Below, in pieces: positions 41,791 through 49,029 of a stretch of DNA of 64,000 bases. The position numbers and the translations under genes are program-made. Every line of letters starts with the position of its first letter. The stretch's first letter is position 1. Source of the DNA: an uncultured Trueperaceae bacterium (GTDB lineage Bacteria > Deinococcota > Deinococci > Deinococcales > Trueperaceae); the NCBI GenBank assembly GCA_963799485.1, contig CAWCXJ010000005.1, positions 132,309 through 196,308 on the forward strand. Direction: 5' to 3'. Under the pieces are notes generated by a model. That model was not told the origin of the DNA. It worked only from the letters and a program-made list of their open reading frames with translations, and made no database searches.

Positions 41791-42813
41791 ATGGCTTATT
41801 CTACCTCTCCCCGTGCGAAAACGCTGCAACGTTCCAAATGGTTGGGCTTGGCGCTCGGTTTGGGTTTGCTGCTCGCGTGTTTAGCGCTCAGCGTCACCTT
41901 AGGCGCAGCGGACATCTCGGTCGGGACGGTGTTCGCCGCGCTGTTTCGCGCCAACGGGTCGCTCGAGCATCTCGTCATCCGCACGGTGCGTTTGCCCAGG
42001 GTACTCGCGGGCGCGGTTGTCGGCGCAGCTTTGGCAGTTGCGGGCGCAATCATGCAGGGGCTGACCCGTAACCCGCTGGCGTCGCCGAGTATTTTAGGCG
42101 TCAACGCGGGGGCGTCGTTCGCCGTCGTTTTAGCGGTGTTGATTCTGGGGAGCCCGCCGTTCTCGCTTTACGCTTTGTTCGCCTTTATCGGCGCGGCGGT
42201 AGCCGCTGCGTTCGTCTACGCGCTCGGTTCGGTCGGGCGCAGCGGCGCGACACCCCTCAAACTGACGCTGGCGGGCGCGGTTTTTACGGCGTTTGTGAGT
42301 TCGTTTACCACTGCGATTCTGATTATGAGTCAGAGTACGCTCGAGCAGGTGCGTTTCTGGACGGCGGGCTCGTTGGCGGGTCGTGAGCTGCCGCTGCTGC
42401 TCGGGACAGCACCTTATATTTTGGTCGGGCTCGTCGGCGCGATGTTTTTAGGACGGCAGCTCACCGCGCTCAGCCTGGGCGACGACGTAGCGACAGGTTT
42501 GGGACAAAACACGGGCTGGCTCAAAGCGCTCGCAGCGGTGCTGGTCGTACTTTTGGCGGGGGGTGCGGTGGCGCTCGCGGGGCCGGTCGGGTTTGTCGGT
42601 CTGATTGTACCGCACGTCGTGCGTTTTCTCGTCGGGGTCGATTACCGCTGGATACTGCCGTACTCGGCGCTTCTGGGCGGGGTGCTGGTGACACTCGCAG
42701 ACATCGGAGCGAGACTCGTTATCCGGCCACAGGAGTTGCCGGTAGGTGTGATCATGGCGCTTATCGGCGCGCCTTTTTTTATCTATCTGGCGCGTACCAG
42801 GGTGCGGCGCTGA
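41791..42813 (+). CDS. FecCD-family ABC permease
   Basis: 340 aa, polytopic; RLPRVLAGAVVGAALAVAG..MQGLTRNPLASP and the C-terminal PVGVIMALIGAPFFIYL are typical of FecCD/FhuB permeases. Confidence 0.9.
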   Translation: MAYSTSPRAKTLQRSKWLGLALGLGLLLACLALSVTLGAADISVGTVFAALFRANGSLEHLVIRTVRLPRVLAGAVVGAALAVAGAIMQGLTRNPLASPSILGVNAGASFAVVLAVLILGSPPFSLYALFAFIGAAVAAAFVYALGSVGRSGATPLKLTLAGAVFTAFVSSFTTAILIMSQSTLEQVRFWTAGSLAGRELPLLLGTAPYILVGLVGAMFLGRQLTALSLGDDVATGLGQNTGWLKALAAVLVVLLAGGAVALAGPVGFVGLIVPHVVRFLVGVDYRWILPYSALLGGVLVTLADIGARLVIRPQELPVGVIMALIGAPFFIYLARTRVRR

Positions 42814-42881
42814 TGCTGCACGAATCTATCAAGGTGCGGCGCTGATGCTGCACGAATCTATCAAGGTGCGGCGCTGATGGC
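42799..42881. repeat. 32-bp tandem repeat (about 2.5 copies) spanning the permease1/permease2 junction
   Basis: The junction motif TGATG recurs at 42811, 42843 and 42875. The unit is tgatgctgcacgaatctatcaaggtgcggcgc. Each full unit carries an 11-codon ORF (MLHESIKVRR-stop). Confidence 0.9.
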
Positions 42882-43953
42882 GCACAGGTTACAACCTGAA
42901 ACCCGGCAAGGTGGCGCGGGAACCTGGCATACCGTCCGTCTGGGCAAACGGGTTTCTTTTCGCCTCGACCGGCGTGCCCTGCCTGTCCTGCTCGTGCTGC
43001 TCTTTTTGCTCTTGGCAGTCGCGGTTTTAAGCGTGAGCTACGGCGAGTACAAGATTGCGCCGCTCGACGTGGTGCGGGCGACGCTGGGTTTGGAGACCGG
43101 CAACGACGATTACCCTTTGGTGGTGCGGCTGTTTCGCTTGCCGCGTATCGTGCTGGCGGCGCTCGTCGGGGCGGCGCTGGCGGTCTCCGGGGCGGTTTTG
43201 CAGGGCATTACGCACAACCCGCTCGCCGACCCCGGTATTCTGGGCATCAGCAGTGGCGCGGCGCTCGCTGCCGTTTCTCTGCTCATCTATTTTACGGCGG
43301 CCCCGGCCCTGCTTTTACCGTGGGCGGCGTTCGGCGGAGCGCTGCTGACGGCGGCGCTCATCTATCTGCTGGCGTGGCGCGGGGGCAGTTCGCCGCTGCG
43401 CCTGATTCTTATCGGTATCGGTTTCGCCGCCGCCGCGCAAGCCCTGACGACGCTCTTGGTCGTTTTTGGCGACATCAGCGACGTGCAGCGGGCGTTCGTG
43501 TGGCTTTCAGGGAGTGTCTACGGGCGCGGTTGGGCGGACGTGCGGGTGCTGGCGCTGTGGCTCGCGGTTCTTTTACCGCTTACGTTCTTGAGCGCGCGGC
43601 AGCTCAATACGCTCTCCCTCGGGGACGAGAGTGCGACCGGGCTGGGGGTGGGGCTCGAGCGTACCAGGGCTTTTCTCAGCCTCCTGAGCGTCGCACTCGC
43701 CGCGGGCGCAGTCGCGGCGGCGGGTACGGTCGGGTTTGTCGGGCTCGTTGCGCCGCACATCACCCGGCGGCTGGTCGGCCCCGGGCACGAAGGCTTGCTC
43801 CCGGCGAGCGCCCTGACCGGTGCGCTGCTAGTCGTTACCGCCGACCTGATAGGGCGCACGGTCATCGCGCCGAGTCAACTGCCCGCCGGACTCGTCACGG
43901 CGGTTATCGGCGCACCCTATTTTATGTACCTGCTCTGGCGCTACCGGGATTAG
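42877..43953 (+). CDS. FecCD-family ABC permease
   Basis: 358 aa; RLPRIVLAALVGAALAVSGAVLQGITHNPLADP...VIGAPYFMYLL. Confidence 0.9.
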   Translation: MAHRLQPETRQGGAGTWHTVRLGKRVSFRLDRRALPVLLVLLFLLLAVAVLSVSYGEYKIAPLDVVRATLGLETGNDDYPLVVRLFRLPRIVLAALVGAALAVSGAVLQGITHNPLADPGILGISSGAALAAVSLLIYFTAAPALLLPWAAFGGALLTAALIYLLAWRGGSSPLRLILIGIGFAAAAQALTTLLVVFGDISDVQRAFVWLSGSVYGRGWADVRVLALWLAVLLPLTFLSARQLNTLSLGDESATGLGVGLERTRAFLSLLSVALAAGAVAAAGTVGFVGLVAPHITRRLVGPGHEGLLPASALTGALLVVTADLIGRTVIAPSQLPAGLVTAVIGAPYFMYLLWRYRD

Positions 43954-43962
43954 GAGACGTTT

Positions 43963-44814
43963 ATGAAAACGGCTGTGAAGTCTACCCCCGACGCTATTTC
44001 TAATACAGCGGTCGATACCGCCCTGAGCGCCGACAACCTGACGCTTGCCTACGACCGGAACGTCGTGATTCGGGAGCTGGGCGTGACGATTCCTGCAGGG
44101 CAGGTCACGGCGCTTGTCGGCCCGAACGGGTGCGGCAAATCGACCTTGCTGCGGGCTTTGGCACGGCTCCTGAAACCTAGAGGTGGCGCTGTCTATCTCG
44201 ACGGCGAGGCCATCGTCACACTTTCCACGAAGGCCGTCGCCAAAAAGTTGGGTATCTTGCCGCAAGGCCCGAGCGCTCCCGAAGGGCTCCGGGTGCGCGA
44301 ACTTGTCGCGCAGGGGCGGTATCCGCACAGCGGGTTTTTGCAGGGCTGGTCACCCGCAGACGAGGCGGCGCTCCTCCGGGCGCTCACCATCACGCGGATG
44401 GAGGGGTTTGCCGACCGGCCCCTCGAGTCCCTTTCCGGCGGTCAAAAACAGCGCGCCTGGATTGCCATGACCTTGGCGCAGGAAACGCCGATTCTCTTAC
44501 TCGACGAACCCACGACGTTTCTTGACATGGCCCATCAGGTCGAAGTCTTGTCATTGTTGGACGAACTCAACGAACGCGAGGGGCGCACCATTGTGATGGT
44601 CTTGCACGACGTCAACCAGGCCTGCCGTTACGCGCATCACCTGATTGCGCTTAAGGGCGGTGAAATTATCAAACAGGGGAGTCCGGCTGAAGTCATCGAC
44701 GCTGCGCTCCTCCGCGAAGTCTTCGGCCTCGAGTGCCTCGTCGTCCCCGACCCCGTAAGCGGTACGCCGCTCTGCCTGCCGCAAAGTTACCCGTTACGCG
44801 TGCAGCGGCCCTGA
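43963..44814 (+). CDS. Iron-siderophore ABC transporter ATP-binding protein (FecE/FepC-like)
   Basis: Walker [10 protein letters not shown], signature LSGGQKQR, Walker B LLLDEPT, H-loop VLHD. Confidence 0.92.
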   Translation: MKTAVKSTPDAISNTAVDTALSADNLTLAYDRNVVIRELGVTIPAGQVTALVGPNGCGKSTLLRALARLLKPRGGAVYLDGEAIVTLSTKAVAKKLGILPQGPSAPEGLRVRELVAQGRYPHSGFLQGWSPADEAALLRALTITRMEGFADRPLESLSGGQKQRAWIAMTLAQETPILLLDEPTTFLDMAHQVEVLSLLDELNEREGRTIVMVLHDVNQACRYAHHLIALKGGEIIKQGSPAEVIDAALLREVFGLECLVVPDPVSGTPLCLPQSYPLRVQRP

Positions 44815-44877
44815 TTTCGGCCCGCTTGGGCTTGCGTCTCGAGTCCACCCGCTTTAGTTTCTTGGGTGTCCACTACG

Positions 44878-45183
44878 CTAGCCGTTTACACCACGCCCAC
44901 CTACCACGCGTAACTTGGCACCTTCAGGTTTCCCGTTCATCAGCAGCGTCGCCTCTGAAATAAGCGCCCGCACCTGCTCGTCTTTGAGCGACGCGTCATG
45001 CGCTTCTTCGTCGTCCCACATTTCATAAATCCAGATAGCGGTTTCGTCCGCTAAATCTTCGTTGACGATGTAGAGGTGACAACCGGGAAACTTACCTACG
45101 AGGGCAGCCGCTCGGGTCATAATCTCGACAAACTCAGCTCGTTTGCCCGCTTGCGCTGTGAGTTTTCCGTACAAACCGTACAT
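44878..45183 (-). CDS. Antibiotic-biosynthesis-monooxygenase (ABM) domain protein
   Basis: About 100 aa with a ferredoxin-like ABM pattern (LYIVNEDLADETAIWIYEMWDDEEAHDASL). I chose the ATG at 45183 after gaaagagg. Confidence 0.7.
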   Translation of the reverse strand: MYGLYGKLTAQAGKRAEFVEIMTRAAALVGKFPGCHLYIVNEDLADETAIWIYEMWDDEEAHDASLKDEQVRALISEATLLMNGKPEGAKLRVVGGRGVNG

Positions 45184-45233
45184 AACTACCTCTTTCCAAG
45201 CTCTTGTCAAAGTAGACTGTCTGGACGCTCTAC

Positions 45234-46073
45234 TTATTTTTTACGCGCCGCCTCGAGCGCGTCCCACTGCTCGGGCGTCACCTCATCCAGAATGTTGAAC
45301 TCACCGCCGTTCCAAGCGGTTTCGCCGCCGTCTATGGCGATCAGGTCGCCGGTGATAAATGCCGCCGCGTCTGAAATCAGGTAGCTCGCCAGGTTCGCCA
45401 GTTCCAGGTGTTCACCTACCCGCCCCAGCGGAATCTGCTTTTCAAACAGCTCCCCGATCTCCGGGGTCGGCATCAGGCGGCTCCACGCGCCCTCGGTCGG
45501 AAACGGCCCCGGTGCGACGGCGTTCAAACGAATCCCATACTTGCCCCATTCGGCAGCCAGCGATTTGGTCAACGCCACCACGCCTGCTTTCGCCGCTGCC
45601 GAGGGCACCACGTAGCCCGAACCCGACGCCGCATAAGTGGTGGCGATATTCAAGACGGTGCCCTTTTGCGCTTGGGCAATCCAGCGTTTGCCGAGCTCGA
45701 GGGTGCAGTAAAACGTCCCGTGCAGCACGATATTGAGCACCGCGTCTACGGCTCTCGGTGACAGCCGTTCGGTCGGCGAGATAAAGTTTCCGGCGGCGTT
45801 GTTGACCAAAACGTCCACCTGCCCGAAGTGCGCTTCGGCGTCGTCAATCATCGCCGCGACCTGCGCCGGGTCGCGCACGTCGCACGTGACCGGTAGCACC
45901 TCACCGTCCATCTCACTCGCGGCGTCTTGCAAGACCGCCTCGCGCCGCCCCGAAATCACGAGCTTCGCGCCCAGCGAAAGAAACCGTTCGCCCATCGCCC
46001 GCCCGAGGCCGGTACCGCCGCCCGTTATGAGGACGACCTTACCTTGCAACAAGTTCTTGGCAAATACTTCCAT
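45234..46073 (-). CDS. Short-chain dehydrogenase/reductase (2,4-dienoyl-CoA-reductase-like)
   Basis: ITGGGTGLGRAM cofactor loop, NNAAGNF, YVVPSAAAKAG active-site region. Confidence 0.85.
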   Translation of the reverse strand: MEVFAKNLLQGKVVLITGGGTGLGRAMGERFLSLGAKLVISGRREAVLQDAASEMDGEVLPVTCDVRDPAQVAAMIDDAEAHFGQVDVLVNNAAGNFISPTERLSPRAVDAVLNIVLHGTFYCTLELGKRWIAQAQKGTVLNIATTYAASGSGYVVPSAAAKAGVVALTKSLAAEWGKYGIRLNAVAPGPFPTEGAWSRLMPTPEIGELFEKQIPLGRVGEHLELANLASYLISDAAAFITGDLIAIDGGETAWNGGEFNILDEVTPEQWDALEAARKK

Positions 46074-46381
46074 CTTGTAAGCCTCCCGTCAGCATACCGT
46101 GTTCGTGAGACGTCACCCGCTGGCTTTATGTAGGCTATGCTACTGTCGCACGGGGGTTTATCTTGGCCTGGCAAGCTGACATCATCGAGACCAGAGAGGC
46201 GCACCTGCGGGCGGTGCTCGCCGAGTGTGCGCGTGACTGGCACCTGGTAATCCGGGATTATCTGATTTGTCTCGAGGCGGCCGAGCGCGCCGGAGACAGG
46301 CGCGCCACGCGGTTCTTCGCTGCCAAACTGGTTACGGCCTACAGCGCCATCGGTTTGACCGACAAAGCGCGTGGCTACAGT

Positions 46382-46451
46382 GAAGTTGCTACCGCGAGGC
46401 GGCAGCAATGAGGTTGCCACACCGAGGTTGCCACACCAAGGTTGCCACAGC
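46382..46451. repeat. Five head-to-tail 14-bp units
   Basis: gaagttgctaccgc / gaggcggcagcaat / gaggttgccacacc / gaggttgccacacc / aaggttgccacagc; the last three are near-identical. Confidence 0.85.
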
Positions 46452-46477
46452 AAGCCGGAGTCGTCTTAGCCTGGAAA

Positions 46478-46523
46478 TAAACGGGCTCGGAGGTAAAAAG
46501 AGGTAAACAGGCTCGGCGGTAAA
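46478..46523. repeat. Two 20-bp direct repeats, 26 bp apart
   Basis: taaacgggctcggaggtaaa (46478-46497) and taaacaggctcggcggtaaa (46504-46523). Confidence 0.75.
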
Positions 46524-46540
46524 CGGTAAGATACCAGGCG

Positions 46541-46978
46541 ATGAACTATGCGGCGTTACTGGCCCTGCTCGCGGCGCTCGCTTTTACCGCGCCGTTTCTG
46601 GTCAATCTAGCGTCGCGCCTCGGCATCCCCCGGGCACTCGGAATTGTGACCACGCTCGTCGGCGCAGTTTTTCTGCTAGGCTGGCTGTTGGTACGTGAGC
46701 GGGTCGAAAGGCACCAGCGGCTCGAGGCGCGCATCAGCATCCTGCAGACGCGCCGGAGCCGCGCGCCCCAAGACCCGGAAAGTTACTTTTTGGCGGGTGA
46801 ACATTTAGGCGATTTGCTCGAGCAGGTTGGGCGGCCCCGCGAAGCTCTGAGGGTTTTTGAAGCTTACGCAAGACTGCTTAAACGAACCGGCACAGCGGCG
46901 GAGCAGCAGGCGACGGCCGAAACTATCGCTGCACTCCGGAAAGAACTCGCCGAAAGGGAGGATGATGCAAGCATATAA
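46541..46978 (+). CDS. Hypothetical membrane protein (two TMs plus a helical, TPR-like tail)
   Basis: Two N-terminal hydrophobic helices followed by a charged helical C-terminus; overlaps the next ORF by 17 nt. Confidence 0.5.
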   Translation: MNYAALLALLAALAFTAPFLVNLASRLGIPRALGIVTTLVGAVFLLGWLLVRERVERHQRLEARISILQTRRSRAPQDPESYFLAGEHLGDLLEQVGRPREALRVFEAYARLLKRTGTAAEQQATAETIAALRKELAEREDDASI

Positions 46979-47162
46979 AGGAATTCTCAGGAACGGTGTG
47001 GTGGTCTTACCCGAGGGGGTTCGGCTCCCTGAAGGTGTTACGGTTACGGTCACCGTCAGTGAAGTCGAGCTGTTACGCGCCCGGATGCGGCTGGCGCTGA
47101 TTCGCAACGCACCCCGGCGGACCCGCGCCCGGACGCTCGTCCCCGACGCGGTAACCGGTTGA
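46962..47162 (+). CDS. Small DUF104-like (antitoxin-like) protein
   Basis: MMQAYKGILRNGVVVLPEGVRLPEGVTVTVTV matches the pattern of DUF104-type antitoxins (x-YENGVxKPLEPVDLPEGxxVxV) that I recall. RBS gggagg is present. No toxin gene follows. Confidence 0.45.
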   Translation: MMQAYKGILRNGVVVLPEGVRLPEGVTVTVTVSEVELLRARMRLALIRNAPRRTRARTLVPDAVTG

Positions 47163-47183
47163 GGCTGAACTAGGCCGCGTTGG

Positions 47184-47984
47184 ATGGCTGAAGTCACGCT
47201 CGTTCCAACGCCGATCGGCAACCTAGAAGACATCACCTTGCGGGCGCTGCGTGTGCTGCACGAAGCCGACGTTATCGCTGCCGAAGATACCCGGCACAGC
47301 GGCAAGCTTTTGGCGCACTTCGAGATTTCGGGGCGGCTCGAGCGCCTAGACGCCCACACCATTACGGCTCGGGCTCCTGGGTTACTCGAGCAATACACCC
47401 GCATCGCTTTCGTCACCGACGCCGGAACCCCCGGTTTATCCGACCCCGGCGTAGAACTCGTGCAGCTTGCGCTCGCGGGCGGACACAACGTCGAGGTGCT
47501 GCCCGGCCCGACCGCTCTGATTCCCGCCCTCGTCTTGTCCGGATTACCGCTTGCCCGCTTTTCTTACGAAGGTTTTTTGCCCCGTAAAGGGGCCTCCCGA
47601 CGTGAACGCCTTACTGCTATCGCCAAAAGCCCGCAAACCGTCGCGTTTTACGAGTCGCCCAAACGTTTAGCGGCGACGCTGGACGACCTGATTGAAGTGT
47701 GCGGCGAGGCCCGTTCGGTCAGCGTCTCTCGTGAACTGACCAAGCACTTTGAAACGACCTACCGAGGAACTTTGACTGAAGTGCGGGCGCAACTCGCGGG
47801 CGAAGTCAAGGGCGAATGTGTGGTCGTGGTGGGGCCGAGAGAGACGCCTGAAACCGTGGACTTTTCCGGTTTGGCCGAGACGCTCGCCGAGTCGGGGCTG
47901 TCGGGGCGGGCGCTAAGAGAAGCGCTGACTGAGGCGGGTGCGCCGCGTAACTTGGCGTATGAGCTGGCTCTGGCGAACACTTAA
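47184..47984 (+). CDS. rsmI: 16S rRNA (cytidine1402-2'-O)-methyltransferase
   Basis: LVPTPIGNLEDITLRALRVLHEADVIAAEDTRHSGKLL...FVTDAGTPGLSDPG...FYESPKR, typical of RsmI. Confidence 0.92.
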   Translation: MAEVTLVPTPIGNLEDITLRALRVLHEADVIAAEDTRHSGKLLAHFEISGRLERLDAHTITARAPGLLEQYTRIAFVTDAGTPGLSDPGVELVQLALAGGHNVEVLPGPTALIPALVLSGLPLARFSYEGFLPRKGASRRERLTAIAKSPQTVAFYESPKRLAATLDDLIEVCGEARSVSVSRELTKHFETTYRGTLTEVRAQLAGEVKGECVVVVGPRETPETVDFSGLAETLAESGLSGRALREALTEAGAPRNLAYELALANT

Positions 47985-48032
47985 AGCTACGGGTTCTGGC
48001 AGCGGCTCAAAGGTCTGGCGTATGCTGTGAGT

Positions 48033-48233
48033 ATGAAGGCTTGAGTCACAGAAAAAGGCGTCACTATTCCTAAAACGTTGCTCGCGGGTATTGACACCGT
48101 TGAAATCCGGAAAGAAAAAAATGTCATTACGGTTGCCCCTCTTGCAGACGACCCGATTTTGGGGCTTGGCAGTCAACCAGTCGAGGGCAAGGTCACAGAC
48201 GCCTCAGAAAACCACGACGCTCATCTGTACTAA
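48033..48233 (+). pseudogene. AbrB/MazE/SpoVT-type antitoxin gene with an in-frame TGA at codon 4
   Basis: ATG AAG GCT TGA GTC ACA GAA... reads MKA*VTEKGVTIPKTLLAGIDTVEIRKEKNVITVAPLADDPILGLGSQPVEGKVTDASENHDAHLY. The TEKG-VTIPK swapped-hairpin motif and the ...ENHD..LY tail are typical of VapB-like antitoxins. Confidence 0.55.
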
Positions 48234-48329
48234 CAGCTTCTGATTTACCGTAGGCGTCGCAGTTTGTGCGTCACGCAGCTCACCCCGTAATTCAGCCTTG
48301 CCGTACCGTTAAACTGGGGTCAGATTTTT

Positions 48330-48929
48330 ATGCGACTGTTTCACTTTAGCGACGACCCTGATATTGATATCTTCACCCCTCGGCCTGTTCGTATTCCGGT
48401 CGAAAGACCCGCTGGCATGGACTGGCTGAACGGCCCACTCGTCTGGGCGATAGACGACGCGCATGGGCCGATGTATCTGTTCCCCCGCGAGTGTCCGCGT
48501 ATTTTGCTATGGGCCACGCCCGAAACAAAACGAGAAGATTACGACGACTGGTGGCGAGGAAGTCACAGCAAAATCCTGGCTTACGTTGAAACGGCGTGGT
48601 TGGAGCGCGTAGAAACTGCAACGATTTACCGTTATGAGCTGCCAACGGCGACCTTTGAAGACCTTGACGACGCCGGGATGTGGGTCTCTAAAACCGCCGT
48701 AAAACCTTTTGGACTCGAGACCCTCTCAAACCTGCCGCAAGAACATCAATTTCACGATGTTGAACTCCGGGCGCTCGAGACGCTCTTACCCCTTAAAGGT
48801 GTGTGGCAAACCTCGCTTCACGCCAGCGGTATCCGGCTGCGGAACGCTCAATATTGGGGCCAACCGGGATGGACGCATTCCAAACAGGGTAGAGTCGTTC
48901 CCAGCACAAAAGCTGACCGGGCAAGCTGA
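48330..48929 (+). CDS. Conserved hypothetical protein
   Basis: 199 aa. The N-terminus MRLFHFSDDPDIDIFTPRP...LVWAIDDAHGPMYLFPRECPR resembles an uncharacterised family (I recall it as DUF6886 but cannot verify). Confidence 0.6.
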   Translation: MRLFHFSDDPDIDIFTPRPVRIPVERPAGMDWLNGPLVWAIDDAHGPMYLFPRECPRILLWATPETKREDYDDWWRGSHSKILAYVETAWLERVETATIYRYELPTATFEDLDDAGMWVSKTAVKPFGLETLSNLPQEHQFHDVELRALETLLPLKGVWQTSLHASGIRLRNAQYWGQPGWTHSKQGRVVPSTKADRAS

Positions 48930-49029
48930 ACAGCAGTTACGGGCACGGCGACTAAAGCTGTCTTTTACGCGCAAATCTCAGTCCGCTATTCCGGGTAAAC
49001 TATAGAAGACGCCCGGAGGGGCTATTTTT

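Noticed and set aside
46163-46411. 82-codon TTG-start ORF.
   Set aside because: It has no RBS and no recognisable family, and its 3' end is built from the 14-bp repeat units. I left it unannotated and unresolved rather than disproven.
46382-46451. Possible CRISPR array.
   Set aside because: The repeats are 14 bp and directly abutting with no spacers, and there are no cas genes in the window.
48042-48044. The TGA in the AbrB-type gene read as selenocysteine or programmed read-through.
   Set aside because: There is no SECIS-like hairpin immediately downstream, and there are no sel genes in the window. A simple nonsense mutation or sequencing error is more parsimonious.
47913-48176. 87-codon minus-strand ORF overlapping the AbrB-type pseudogene.
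   Set aside because: It has no motifs or RBS, and the plus-strand reading gives a clear antitoxin-family sequence.
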